A stretch of DNA of 64,000 bases from Mobula hypostoma (taxonomy: Eukaryota), in the NCBI RefSeq assembly GCF_963921235.1, contig NC_086107.1:109060001-109124000 (forward strand), written 5' to 3'. The notes below the pieces were generated by a model. That model was not told where the DNA came from. It saw nothing but the letters and a program-made list of their open reading frames with translations, and did not search any database. Positions 12,690-25,218 of this stretch are shown one piece after another. Positions within the stretch are counted from its first letter, which is position 1; the number at the start of each line of letters is the position of its first letter. The position numbers were made by a program, and so were the translations under genes.

Positions 12690-13010
12690 GATCCTTGTGA
12701 AAGATTTTGAGGATTATCTGGAAGGACAGAGACATTAAACACTTAGCCTACATGAGTAGAACCTCCACCACAATAAGGCAACACCAACTCCAATGGGAGT
12801 GTCATGTCATCCAGATGCTGAACTCACATCTCCCCAAACAAGCTCCCAATAAGCCCCTGGTGGGCAAAGAAAACACTTCAAAGATAACATCAAAATCAGC
12901 CTGAAGAAATACAATGTGACATCTAAAAACTGGGAAGACTTTGCACTCAGTAGATACACCTGGAGGAAATCTGTTCAAGAGGGAGCTGTAATACCTGAGA
13001 GCCACCATGG
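12690..13010 (+). mobile_element. RTE-clade LINE 3' fragment, degenerate
   Basis: LRIIWKDR...QLQW.CHVIQM..SHLPKQ and FKDNIKISLK...WEDFALSRYTWRKSV resemble an RTE ORF C-terminus. Confidence 0.7.
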
Positions 13011-14704
13011 TGATTTATGTTCATTAATTATATGTTGAACTAAATCTAAATTCCTCGTTGGTGAATTCAAGCTCATGTCTAGAGGTCTCTGAATGTCAGT
13101 CCAGTCAAGAGCTATTTCATTCCAATTTGCCCAATAATTGATTCTAATCTGAAAGATGACTTCAACAATTCTCTCACTTCTATTCTTTGTTATATTGGTG
13201 ATGACCTCCTATTGGTCACCTTTTGCTGTGAGTGACCAATGAGTTGTTTAATATCCTCCAGGAAGGGGAACCAGCCAATGAGCCATGGTTTGCCAGAATG
13301 GGGGTGGGGGGAACAGGTATTGCCGAACATTTATTGCTCGCCCCTAATTGTCCCTGAGAAGATGCTGGAGAACAACCAAGTGGAACTGCAGACATTTGAA
13401 TAGCGAAAGTTCTCCCAGGAAGTTCCAGGTTCAGATCCATTTCTGTATTTTGTGTATAATGTTTCTCTGGTGGGGGGTGTTGGTAGGTGTGGAACTGAAG
13501 TGCATCAGGCCTGTGCTCTCAGAGTTTGAAGAACGAGATGAGAATTTAATTGAAACATGTAAAATCCTTATAAGGCAAGTTCTGATTTTTTTTCTGGCTG
13601 TAGTATCCAGAACTGAAGCTGACAAAGTTATCCAGCCAGCACCTTCAACTCATGCAGTTCCTGCCACCAAAATAGAAAAGCACAACCAATATGGAGATAT
13701 TTCCTTCCTTTCTACATAAAATACTTGGATAAGTATTGTCCATCCTTCATCGGAGTTGGATATGAACCTAGAACTCCCTGGCAGATTTTTGTCCACCACC
13801 TTCCCAAGGACAACTTGACAATAAATGCCAGCTCTTGCCAAAAACGCCTTGAAAAGAAATTTATGCAACTGCGACAAGTCAGTGATTTCAATAGAGAAGA
13901 AGAATGTGTTAAATTTAAGAGACAGTGTTGGATCAATGTAAAGACATCCTCTGAACTTTCAACTCGGTCTTTTAAGTGACAAACGCTCAGAAAAAGAAAT
14001 TCAAGTCCGTGTTTAATTACATTTCTTTTTCTGAAAGGAACGTCAATCGCACAAAAGGACTGATAACATTTTATCAGTCCTGGATAGAAAGCCAGGCAAT
14101 CTTAATTGCACTCGGTATATTTAGCTGGGAACAATATATCTGGATGATCGTTAAGATTAAAGTTTAAATAATTTACCAGCTGATTGTCTGAGAGGTTTGG
14201 AGGCAAGTTAGTAATATGGTGTGGTTGGGACCTTGTGCTAAGCAATTAATATGAAAAGCTCTAGCAACTGTGTCTTGAAATGTTTATAGTTTTCCCATGC
14301 CTTAATGTTTTAAGAACTGAGAATCACTTGAGTTTTAACTCATTAGTTGTAATGTGTTACAGTCCTGTTGAGTTAAAATGAACTTTATAGATCATGCGTC
14401 GGAGAGAATTCTAAAGGTTCATTTATTGTAAAAGTACACAACTCTAAATTCTTCTTCTCCAGATAGTCACGCATCCAAGAAATGTAAAAATGGCAGCACG
14501 ATCTGCAACCCCCAAATTCCTCCTCCCTGCACAAAAAATGAAAAGTGGAACAGGCACATCAACCTCCAAATCCCCTGCCCCCGCAAGAAAGACTGGGTGA
14601 AAAACAGAGAATATAAGAACTAATGTCTGAAAAAAAAATCTATAGTCTAAGTCTATATCCAAAATGCAGAAAACCTGGCTAATATTCTCTGGGCAGAGTG
14701 GTTG

Positions 14705-14930
14705 GCTTTTCCCTCTCTGGCAGTAAGCGATCACAAGGCAGCCTCCCCTCTCTGTAGCAGAGTAATCTCCCAGCGATCAAAAGACAGTCTCCCCTCTCCA
14801 TACCAGAGCGATTCCACCAGTGATCAAAAATCAGTCTCTCCTTCACAAGGCAGAGTGATCCCCCATCGATTAAAAGGCAGTCTTCCCTCTCTGTAGCAGA
14901 GCGATCCTACCAGTGATCAAAAGGCAGTCA
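14705..14930 (+). repeat. Degenerate ~46-bp tandem repeat, ~4.5 copies, within a retroposon remnant
   Basis: GATCAAAA-like anchor recurs at about 14729, 14775, 14822, 14868 and 14915. Confidence 0.75.
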
Positions 14931-15056
14931 TCCTATATGATTATAAAAGAGAGACAAGAATGCTTAGTAAGATGGAGATATATGTATGGCTTTTATTGAC
15001 CTAGAGATAGATACCTTAACTTCCAACACAAGTCAAATATTGTAAATATATTCTAA

Positions 15057-15790
15057 ACATGAGAAAGTCTGCAGATTTTGGAAATCCAAAGTAACACATA
15101 GCTGGAGGAACTCAGCAGGCCGGAGAGCATCTATGAAAAAGAGTAAACAGTTGACGTTTCGGGCCAAGACTCTTCTTCAGGACTGGAAAGGAAGAGAAGT
15201 CAGAGTAAGAAGGGTGAAGCGAAGGTAACTTCACTCCAGTCACAAGAAAAATCGGGACCACTCGGTGGCCACCTATTTCAATTCTACTTCCCATTCCTAT
15301 TCTGACATGTCAGTCCATGGCCTCTGCTACTGTCATGATGAGGCCGCTCTCAGGATGGGGGAGCAACATCTTATATTCCACCTGGGTAGCCTCCGACCTG
15401 ATGGCATGAACGTTGATTTCTCGAACTTCCATAAGTCGCCCCCTGTTTCCCTCTCACCTGTCTTTCTTACCTACCTATCACCTCCCTTAGGTGCTCCTCC
15501 CCTTCCCTCATTTCCATGGTCTGCTGTCCTCCCCTATCAGATTCCCCCCTTCTCCAGCCTTTTATCTCTTTCACCAATCAACTTTCCAGCTCTTTACTTA
15601 ACCCCACCCCCTCTTCCAGTTTCACCTACCACCGTGTGCTTCTTCCTCACCTCCCCTCATCTTCTTACTCTGACTTCTCCTCTTTCTTTCCAGTCCTGAT
15701 GAAGGGTCTCAGCCCAAATCTTCAACAGTTTACTCTTTCCCATAGAAGCTGCTTGGTCTGTTGAGTTCCTCCAGCATTTTGAGTGTGTTG
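15057..15790. mobile_element. Penelope-like element: GIY-YIG C-terminal remnant between inverted pLTRs
   Basis: 15265-15430 reads ATYFNSTSHSYSDMSVHGLCYCHDEAALRMGEQHLIFHLGSLRPDGMNVDFSNF. Hammerhead-like motifs at 15148-15185 (-) and 15691-15728 (+). Confidence 0.85.
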
Positions 15791-15809
15791 GCTTGTTTGA
15801 TTAAGCATT

Positions 15810-16282
15810 GAATTGAATTGACTTTATTACTTACATCCTTCATATACATGAGGAGTAGAAATCTTTATGTTACATCTTTGTCTAAATGTGCAATTTATAG
15901 TCATTTGTAATAAATATTATGTACAACAGGACAGTCAATATAACATAGAAGTACAGTTGCATCAGTGTGAGTTAATCAGTCTGATGGCCTGGTGGAAGAA
16001 GCTGTCCCGGAGCCTGTTGGTCCTGGCTTTTATGCTGCAGTACCATTTCCCGGATGGTAGCAGCTGGAACAGTTTGAGGATGGGGTGACTTGGGTCCCCA
16101 ATGATCCTTCGGGCCCTTTTTACACACCTGTCTTTGTAAATGTCCTGAATAGTGGGAAGTTCACATCTACAGATGCACTGGGCTGTCTGCACCACTCTCT
16201 GCAGTGTCCTGCGATTGGGGAAGTACAGTTCCCGTACCAGGCAGTGATGCAGCCAGTCAAGATGCTCTCAATTGTGCCCCTG
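15810..16282 (-). mobile_element. Rex1/Babar-type LINE 3' fragment
   Basis: ELPTIQDIYKDRCVKRARRIIGDPSHP...FQLLPSGK.Y.SIKARTNRLRDSFFHQAIRLIN; (TTCAA)n tail. Confidence 0.85.
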
Positions 16283-16844
16283 TTTGTTTGTTTTAAGTAA
16301 TTTATACGGGTTATACATAAAAAACGTGACTGGCATATGTCATTATGTCACCACATCATAAGTGCGCACCTCGCTAAAGTAAAAATGAAAGTACACACAT
16401 TGTTTTTATTTATTTATTTATTTATTTATTTATTGACACACACCCCCCCCCCCATTGTCTTGGTGTTAAATATCCTCAGCAACAAAATATCAGCTGAAAG
16501 AACTTAGCAGGCAGCATAAATGGGCAGGGGGTGCAGTCCTTACAAATCAGGAACCTATCAATGCTTTAAGTATACCCAATAACTTGTTTGTGGCAATCAA
16601 TTCCACAGAGTCATTATCCTCTGGCTAAAGAAGTTCTTCCTCCTCCTCGTTCTAAATAGGGACATCGCTCCTTTCCTAGATTCTCCCACCCTAGGAAGCA
16701 TTCTCTCCACATCCACTCTATCTAGGCCTTTTAATATTCAGTAGGATTCAATGCGAACTCCCACCCCCCAATTCTTCTGTTTCTATTTTCTGTAAAGAAA
16801 AGACAGCAAAGAAAGTTCTAGAAGGACATTGGAGAGACGCTAAC

Positions 16845-17385
16845 ACGAGAAAATCTGCAGATTCTGGGAATCGAAGGCATCGCACACAAAATGCTGGGGG
16901 AACTCAGCAGGCCAGGCAGCATCTATGGAAAAGAGTGAACAGTCGACATTTCGGGTCGAGACCCTTCATCAGGACTGAGAAGGAAGGGGGAAGATGCCAG
17001 AATAAAATGGTGGGGGTGGGGAAGGAAGTTAGCCGGAAGGTGAGAGGTGAAGCCAGGTGGGTGGGAAAGGTCAAGGGCTGGAGAAGAAAGAATCTGGTAG
17101 GAGGGGAGAGTGGACAATAGGAGAAAGGGAAGGCCTCATGAGGCCACCCTCAGAGAACAGCAGCAATACATTATAGTCCATCTCGCTACCCTACAACCTG
17201 ATGGCATGAATAGCGATTTCTCCTTCTGGTGAACAAAAATTACCCCCCCCCAACCCCTCCCCTCCTCTATTCCCCTCTCTGACCTTTTACTACTTCTCAT
17301 CTGCCTATTGCTTCCCCCAGGGTCCCCTCCCTCTTCCCTCTTCCCTTCTTCCGCGGATGCTGCCCGACCTGCTGAGCTCCTCCTG
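16845..17385. mobile_element. Penelope-like inverted pLTR pair with GIY-YIG remnant
   Basis: Minus pLTR at 16845-17130, then a plus segment (HEATL..QQYI..HLATLQPDGMN.DFS) running to GATGCTGCCCGACCTGCTGAG. Confidence 0.75.
16940..16977 (-). ncRNA. Minimal type-I hammerhead ribozyme motif (Penelope pLTR)
   Basis: Minus strand CAGUC CUGAUGA A GGG UCUCGA CCC GAAA UGUC GACUG: stem I CAGUC/GACUG, core CUGANGA and GAAA, stem II GGG/CCC, GUC cleavage triplet. Activity untested. Confidence 0.7.
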
Positions 17386-18619
17386 CTCTGCATTGTCGCC
17401 GTTTCATTGTGCTCGACGTCAGGCTGCACTCTTTCTCCTCACTGTGACCATCGGGCGGGAGGCACAGCAGCCCTGGGCCCCTCACCACCAGGTTCAGGAG
17501 AGGATATTGCCCTGTAGCCACCGGGCTCCTGGACTGGTGTGGACAGCTTCACTCACCTTGGTGCAGAACTGACTCCACAGCCTGGAGACTCACTTTCAGG
17601 GACTTCTGTCTTTATGGATGGTTCTTCATCGATTCTTTTACATTTCTTTATTTTCCAGTGGGTGTCAGCAAGAAAATGAATCTCACAGTATAAATACTCT
17701 GTGGTTGGCAGGGTGGAGATCATTTTCTACCAAGGTAGGTGTAAGGAGCTCCTTCCCTCTGCTAGCTTTCAGGTCACCCTTGGGCAAGCTGTTAATCCTG
17801 CTTTGCACCTACCCATTTTCCCCACCCGATCAGGATCACGTGAAGTCGTGTGAGCAGGTGGTGGACGGCTGTGTAGTTGCCGTTTTTGCACGTGCACAAT
17901 TTGCTGTTTCTTGCACATTGGTTGCTTGTCTGTCCTTGCCGTGTGAGGCTTTACATCGAAACCATTCTGCTTCTTTGTGCTGACAGTGAAAGCCTGCAGG
18001 AGAATAAACCTTGGCGACATGCATGTACTTTGATAATAGGTTTGCTTTGAACTTTGAACTTTGAACCCCAGTGGACCAGTCTGCTGCAGATCATTCACCA
18101 CAGATCATAAAACCCATCGCATACCATTATACAGCGAGAGCTTGCACGTCAACGAAGCTTTGCGATATGTGAACTATGGACATGCCAGATGGCTGAGATT
18201 AAATTACCAAAGCCTACGTAGATGTTCACAATGTACTCCTCAAGTGCACAGCAGCAACCAATGAACCCGGCCCAGCACGCCACATTTTAATATCTTTCCC
18301 ACCAGCTGCTGCCAATCTGTAATATAGGCAGGCTGTTCTTTCACTTGGTGAAGTTAGTCAAGCTGAGCACCTTGCTGGGATTCGTCACTTCCAAACATCA
18401 AACTGTAAGACATAGGAGCAGAATTAGGCCTTTCAGCCCATTGAGTCTGCTCTCCCATTCCCTTATGGCTGATTTATCATCAGAACCAGGTTTAATATCA
18501 CCTGCATATGTCATGAAATTTGTTAACTTTTCCGCAGCAGTACAACGAAATACATGAAAAATAAATATAGAGAAAACAAAACTGAGTTACATTAAATATA
18601 TATACGTCTGGGTTCCTAA

Positions 18620-18856
18620 TTAGTGTTGGGCATGTGGCCAAGTGGTTAAGGCGTTCGTCTAGTGATCTGAAGGTTGCTAGTTCGAGCCTCAGCTGTGGCA
18701 GCGTGTTTGTGTCCTTGAGCAAGGCACTTAATCACACATTGCTCTACTATCTGTGCGAGGAGTGGCGCCCCACACAGACTTCCAATCTGCGCCTTGTAAG
18801 GCATGAAAATGCCCGACGCAGGCCTCTCATGGTCTGAGTCAACGTTCCCTCCCCTA
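18620..18856 (+). mobile_element. tRNA-derived CORE-like SINE, short-tail subtype
   Basis: A and B boxes (TGGCCAAGTGG, GTTCGAGCC); TSD GGTTCCTAA at 18611-18619 and 18857-18865. Confidence 0.85.
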
Positions 18857-18865
18857 GGTTCCTAA

Positions 18866-19345
18866 GGTTGTCGTAGCCGGGAGTGCTAGTGGGGATAAGC
18901 TCCCACTACCTATAAAGTGCTCCAAATGGCGTGCGACTCTAACAGCCTCTGACAACCAAGTCCAACTCTTGGCCTTCACGTGAGGCTTAGCTACTAGGCC
19001 CGGTGTAACTGTTTCTACTGACAAGAGAAGGGGCAGAGGCGGACCACTGGCGCCTCAGAACCAGTTGCTTCGGGCAGGTGGGGCTTGTCAGCCTTGGACA
19101 GCAGCCCGCCTAGGAGAAGAAAAACTCTGATTTCAAACCTCCACTGCCTTGTGGCCATACCCACCCATGGGAAAGGCTTCGGGAGTAAACCCCGAGGAAG
19201 AAATTGGGAGCCGGGGTCCCTAAGGCAGTTTGATGTTGTTTACCTCTGCGATGACAGTGGTGCCAAATGTAGTCCTCTTGGACTACATCAGTGACATGGA
19301 GAGGGGGAACCCGCTGCATGGGCAACAGCCGGTTCTTCAAATCTT
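18866..19345 (+). mobile_element. RTE-related non-autonomous element
   Basis: Its 3' part (19250-19340) resembles the tail of the 11564 and 49029 SINEs; the 5' part resembles RTE leader sequence. Inferred. Confidence 0.45.
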
Positions 19346-19349
19346 CCCG

Positions 19350-19850
19350 CTGGTTGGGGTCCTTACTGATGGACGCTGTCTTCCTAAGCTACCGCTCCTT
19401 GAAGGTGCCTCTGATACTGCGGAGGCTAGTACCTGTGATGGAGCTGACTAACCGTACGAGTTTCTGCAACTTACTCACGCAGTAGCCCCCTCTCTTCCCT
19501 CTCCCAATACCAGACAGTGATGCAGCCAGTTAGAACGCTCTCCATGGTACATTTGTAGAAGTTCTCGAGTGTTTTTGTTGACAAGCTAAATCTCCTCAAA
19601 CTCCTAATGAAATATCACCGCTGTCTTGCCTTCTTTATAGCTGCATCGATATGTTGCAGCCAGGTTGGGTCCTCGGAGATATTGATACCCAGGAACCTGA
19701 AATTGCTCACTCTCTCCACTCCTGATCCCTCTGTGAGGACTGGTGTGTGTTCCCTGCCTCACCCTTTCTGAAGCCCACAATCAGTTCTTCGGTCCTACTG
19801 ACGTTGAGTGCAAGGTTATTGTTGTAACCCCACTCAACTAACTGGTATTA
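19350..19850 (-). mobile_element. Rex1/Babar-type LINE RT fragment
   Basis: Minus strand reads FRFLGINISEDPTW..HIDAAIKKARQR..F.RSLRRF and LENFYKCTMESVLTGCITVWY. Confidence 0.8.
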
Positions 19851-20944
19851 TCCCTCTCAACCCCATTCCCCTGCCTTCTCTCCGTAATCTTTGATGCAAT
19901 AACTAATCAAGAACCTAGCAAACTCCACTTCAAATCTGCACTGATTTTGTTCATTTACTGTCAAAAGAATCCGACGTGGATGAATTCCTTTGACAGTAAC
20001 TATTTGGAAATAATACATAGTTTTATAGTACTGTAGTAGTATTGATAGTGTACTAATTTGTTCTGTATTTTATTTAGCTACATAATTTGTCTTTTTGATA
20101 CCTTTTTAACTATTTTCGTGAATTTTCATCTGATTGGGGCTGCCACTTAATTGAGACAAAATGTACAGGTCCGGTGTGACTCAGTTAACCGGAATCCACT
20201 GTACATACTTTGATAACTGAATGTACTTTGACTTTTGAACTTTAATTCATTGAAGTTTTTTCACATTCTCAGGATATGGGTGGAGTTGGCAGATGATAGC
20301 TCCGAGCCTGAATGGCTCTGATGACCTTTCACCTTATTGACGACCCACACTGCACTTCCTCTGTGGCTGTCACACTTTATTCTGCATTCGGTTATTGTTT
20401 TACCTTGTTCCGCCCCAATGCACTGCACAATGAATTGCACTCTAAGATCAATACGCAAGATGAGCTTTTCAATATATCTCAGTAGATGCAGCAATAATTA
20501 AACTAATTCAAATTCCAGTGCAGTTGGTGAGTGTGGAGTTGTCCAGAGGCCAAGCAGGATAGGACCACTGGAATTCCTTGTGTGAAGGGCATTAGTAGTC
20601 CCTGCAATAAGCTAATAATTACTTCAAAGGTATATCCCTGACTGGAAAGCAGTTCAAGCTATCCTGTAAGGGACAGCACCCAAAAACCATATTGAGAAAG
20701 AATATGGAAGCAGGCCCTTCAGCCCATCGAGTCTGTACGACCACCCATTAAAACTAATTCTACCCTAAGGCATTTTATTTTCCCTCTGCTCTCGTCAACA
20801 CCACAGAGGACATTTACAGCGGCCGGTTAACCCCCCATCTGCACAATTTTGGGATGTGGGAGGAAACTAGAGCACCCAGAGGAAACACGCACGGTCACAG
20901 AGAGAACATGTGTGAAGCCCCACACCGACGGTAGCCAAGAGCAT

Positions 20945-21230
20945 ACTCTCAGTGGCCACTTTATTAGGTACATCCGTCCACCTGCTCATTAAATCAAGTA
21001 TCTAATCAGCCAATCATGTGGCAGCAACTCAGTGCATAAAAGCAGGCAGAGATGGTCAAGAGATTCAGTTGTTGCTCAGACCAAACATCAGAATGGGGGA
21101 GAAATGTGATCTAAGTGACTTTGACTGTGGAATGATTGTTGGTGCCAGACAGGGAGGTTTGAGTATCTCAGAAACTGCTGATCCCCTTGGATTTTCATGC
21201 ACAACAGTCTCTAGAGTTTACAGAGAATGC
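20945..21230 (+). mobile_element. Tc1 non-autonomous element, left part
   Basis: TIR CAGTGGCCACTTTATTAGGTAC; MGEKCDLSDFDCGMIVGARQGGLSISETADPLGFSCTTVSRVYRE. Confidence 0.85.
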
Positions 21231-21535
21231 CAAGAAATGTTTCAACAACATCCTTGGATGCCTTCCATGTGATTTTCTCCAGTCCCACTAGAAGTTCTTT
21301 GAATTGCCTGTCATTGATGACCTGTTTGATTTGTGGACCAACAAAAATGCCTTCCTTAATCTCGGCATCAGCTATTCTGTTTGAATTGAATTGAATTGAA
21401 ATAACAAATATGGGTGAATTTTAAAAAAAGGTATGTGATAGAGAAACTTCATGGCGATTTTCACGATCAGCATCCCAAACTCCATAAGATTCATCCAAAT
21501 GTTCTCAGGAAGTAAAATCTTTGTTGTGCAGCGTA
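21230..21535 (-). mobile_element. Chapaev3-like (CMC) DNA transposon remnant
   Basis: Minus 21378-21240 reads RIADAEIKEGIFVGPQIKQVINDRQFKELLVGLEKITWKASKDVVE (KEGIFVGPQI motif). An adjacent terminus-like sequence runs to ~21533. Confidence 0.6.
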
Positions 21536-21654
21536 AACTGCAGTGGAAGCAGACTATCGGGTACAAGGCCATAATGAGGTAGATTGTGAGGCTAGGAGTT
21601 TATCTTATTAATAGTTTTATAACAGTGGGATAGAAGCTGTCCTTAAGTTTAGCG

Positions 21655-23220
21655 TCTTGAACCCTTTGGACCAGCAAGGGCCGCTGACTAGCCACAGGTC
21701 TTGGCGGACCTGAAAGTCATTTATGTGAATTTATTAGAGTTGCTTGGAGCGTATGGGGTTTCCTCTGGTGAAGGGTCTTGTTGTGTCCATTCCGGGGCAG
21801 CTCAATCACCTTCAATACCCTCCAGACACTCAGCTCTCACCTGTGGCTCCAAGCAGCTTTCTCGATGGGACAGTGGCCACACCCGGGTAAACCGCTTCGA
21901 CAGGCGGGCTAAACCAGGCGGGATAGGGACATAGCTGCCCTAAGATGCGAAGCCAGCTCCAGCAAATTGGAAGGATGAGATCTACAGTGGGATCCAGTGG
22001 TTAGGAAGGTGGTTCTGCGACGCTCCGTGGAGAGCGAGGGGCATGACGAGGCACAGAGGACGTCATGGTCATCTGCTGCAACCAAGGAAGACCCCAGTTT
22101 GTGAGGCTTGTCCGTACCACTGGACCCGGACTTCTGAGATCGAGAGAGTGGAACTGCCCCAGTGCAATGGTCTTCGCATTTCAAATACTCTCCCGCATGT
22201 GCGTGGGAGTACGTGCTCACAGGGTGCGTGTGAAGCACCTACTGCAGTAGTGCAGTAGTGTAGTAGTGCTTGTAGTTAGTGCATGCTGCATGCTGTATAC
22301 CACACAGTGCTCTCTGCCCACAGCTATTGCCGCTAGCTAGCCTTCTTAATAGAGGGTGAAAAGAGGAGCCGAGTGTTGAAGCCTCCTCCTGCCAGTACAG
22401 GGCCTCTCCACCACCAAGACTCCTGCAGTGACTCCTCGGGGCCACACAGGGAAACTGGGTATCTTACGGTCCCAGGCTAAACTACAGGGGATCTCAGAGC
22501 AGCGGCGGACCCCAGAGACGTGGCGTGCAGGCCCGCCACTGTGTGGACACGCCCTGGCGCCCGTCAACCACTGTCCCAGCTATGGGCAAATAGCCCCACT
22601 GCTTTGTGGTAAGTCTGTTGAGACAAGGCTAAGGGAGCACACCCTGACAGGAAAGCAATGCGCAGGCGGTGTGCAATAGGCGGGCCTTAACAGACAAAGG
22701 ACCCAGCAGCCTCCTGCAGCCAAGATGTGGGGCCGGTTGTCCTGGGATCACCCTTGCGACCGGGATTTACCTCATCATGGTGAAGATAGCGCGACTGGGG
22801 ATGGCGCACCCCCTGTGGCACTTTAAAATCTTCCTTGCGCAGGTCTCCACCTCTGACCGCGGTGAACAATACCTGGACCTTACATATGGTTGAAGTCTGA
22901 CGGCGATGGGGCGTCTGGCAACGGGAGCAGGTACGAGTGGACTGGGAGCTCCTAGTCAGAACCCTGCACGACAGCAGCACAGGGTATTTGGTCGCTAGCA
23001 GCTGGGACTGAGTGGCAGCTGTTTTCGGCAGATGCCTGTGCAACTGAGCAGCCCTATTTAGGGACCGCACTGCTCACCCCAATTGGGGAAGGGCCTAGAA
23101 AAATTGCCCATTCAATCACTCACCTGGATCGGTTACCGCGCCTATCGGGTTATTCCACTGCTGCGGTCGAAATAAGAGTAATAAGAAACTCTCCCACACA
23201 GGCCTCCTGTCATCATCGGA
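21655..23220. mobile_element. Two adjacent non-autonomous RTE-like elements (approx. 21655-22245 and 22270-23220)
   Basis: GC-rich; both contain ACTCTCCC(G/A)CA near their right end, followed by short simple repeats ((GTAGT)n, TCATCATC). Family assignment is tentative. Confidence 0.4.
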
Positions 23221-23823
23221 TACAGCAGACAAACAGAGTTGTTTAATGACTAGTTTTACCTTTAAGCTCTCACTGTGTTTTTTATGACGTTCATTATGTG
23301 TATACAGTTTCCTTACACTTCTCATCCTTTCTTAAATGATTACAGCATGCATGTCTTTCCTTGTTTTATGATCTTTTTAAGTTTATTCTGGACCAGCGCT
23401 CACACTGAGTCGTGGATTCGAGTTCTGTGTGATCAACCATGCTGCGTGCTCTTGATTTGATTACTCGCTGTTTTACTCTCCAAATAAATCTTCTTTGTTA
23501 ATTTCTACTATCAAGTCCTGAGTTTGCTCCACACCTGGGTCAGCTTATCTGAGGAATGTTGCACCTGGTGGTATGTCCTTTCAGATTTTTCTACCTTCTG
23601 CCCGTTGGGAGGTGGGAGAATGTCTGGTGTGGAAAGTGTCCTTGATTATGCCGGCTGCTTCGTCGAGGCAACAAAGGTTCATTTAATATAAGAGAATGTA
23701 TACAGCATACAACTCTTACTCATCACAGACATCCACAAAGCAAGAAACCCCATAGAATGAAGGATAGAAACATCGAAGCCCCAAAGCCCCCTTCCCCTCG
23801 CAAAAGCATCAACAGGGTTTATT

Positions 23824-24526
23824 CACAACACGCTGGAGGAACTCAGCAGGTCGGGCAGCATCCGTGGAAACGATCAGTCAATGTTTCGGGCCGGAACCCT
23901 TTGTCAGGACTGTAGAGGGGAGGGGCAGAGGCCCTATGAAGAAGGTGGGGGGAGGGTGGGAAGGAGAAGGCTGGTAGGTTCCAGGTGAAAAACCAGTAAG
24001 GGGAAAGATAAAGGGGTGGGGGAGGGGAAGCAGGGAGGGGATAGGCAGGAAAGGTGAAGAAGAAATAGGGGGGAAACACAATGGGTAGTAGAAGGAGGTG
24101 GAACCATGAGGAAGGTGATAGGCAGCTGGGGGAGGGGGCAAAGCAAAATAGGGATAGGGGAAGGGAGGGGGAGGGAATTACCGGAAGTTGGAGAATTCTA
24201 TGTTCATACCAAGAACATGTTCTACTATGTTCTACTACCTATTGTGTTTTCCCCTATTCCTTCTTCACCTTTCCTGCCTCTTCCCTCCCCCACCCCTTTA
24301 TCTTTCCCCTTACTGGTTTTTCACCTGGAACCTACCAGCCTTCTCCTTCCCACCCTCCCCCCCACCTTCTTTATAGGGCCTCTGCCCCTTCCATCTACAG
24401 TCCTGACGAAGGGTTCCAGCCCGAAACGTTGACCAATCGTTTCCACGGATGCTGCCTGACCTGCTGAGTTCCTCCAGCCTGTTGTGAGTGTTGCTTTGAC
24501 CCCAGCATCTGCAGATTATTTTGTGT
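23824..24526. mobile_element. Fold-back Penelope pLTR insertion
   Basis: 23824-24090 is the reverse complement of ~24230-24490. Degenerate 17-bp TSD CATCAACAGGGTTTATT (23807-23823) / CATTGATAGAGTTTATT (24527-24543). Confidence 0.85.
24398..24433 (+). ncRNA. Minimal hammerhead ribozyme motif
   Basis: CAGUC CUGACGA A GGG UUCCAG CCC GAAA CGUU GAC: core intact, GUU triplet, short stem I (GUC/GAC). Confidence 0.6.
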
Positions 24527-25029
24527 CATTGATAGAGTTTATTGAGGAGAAGCTGGTTTTCATGATGTGCTGACCTGTGTTTGCAACTCCCTGCAGTGTC
24601 TTGTGATCTTGGACAGAGCAGTTCTGGATTATAACGTATGGACTAGCCAGATTTGTTGATGTGGCTTGCAAATTGGCTGTCATCCACATATCAGCAACAA
24701 TTCATTTATTGCAAACATCCTGAGAATGTGACTAGGTCAAGTTATGTTCATCACCGTCTACGTAACCACAGTGAGGTCCAGGTACAGTGGAAAAACTTGC
24801 TTGCTCACAGAATATAAATCATACATAAATCATTCTCATTTGTTATGAGATGGGTCATATGACTTCATCATTATGTGCCGTGTTGTATGACATCGGTGAA
24901 ATTTACTGTGGCTAATTAACCTAATAAACAGCACATCTTTGGATTGTGGGAGGAAACCAGATCACCCAGAGTCATGGGGAGAACGTAGAAACTCCTTACA
25001 GGTAGGTCCTTTCCAGTCCTTCCAGCAAT

Positions 25030-25212
25030 CCCCTAATTTAATCCTAATCACAATTTACAATGACTAATTAACCTACCCATTGGTATGACTGTGGGCGGTA
25101 ACCAGAGCACCTGAACGGGGAGGACGTACGCACTCCTTACAGGCAGCGGTGGGAATTGAACCCGGGTTGCCGGCACTGTAAACCGTTGTGCTAACCACTA
25201 CGCTACCGTGCC
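25030..25212 (-). mobile_element. HE1/V-SINE-like tRNA-derived SINE
   Basis: Minus strand GGCACGGTAGCGTAGTGGTTAGC...GGGTTCAATTCCC (A and B boxes) continues into a SINE body, so it is not a tRNA gene. Related copies at ~20700-20940, 34290-34550, 41820-41985, 44575-44660, 56420-56610 and 60780-60935. Confidence 0.8.
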
Positions 25213-25218
25213 AAGTCT

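Noticed and set aside
25140..25212. tRNA gene candidates (also 11570, 18628, 49029, ~41920-41985)
   Set aside because: tRNA-like heads run directly into SINE bodies and lack a proper acceptor stem and terminator.
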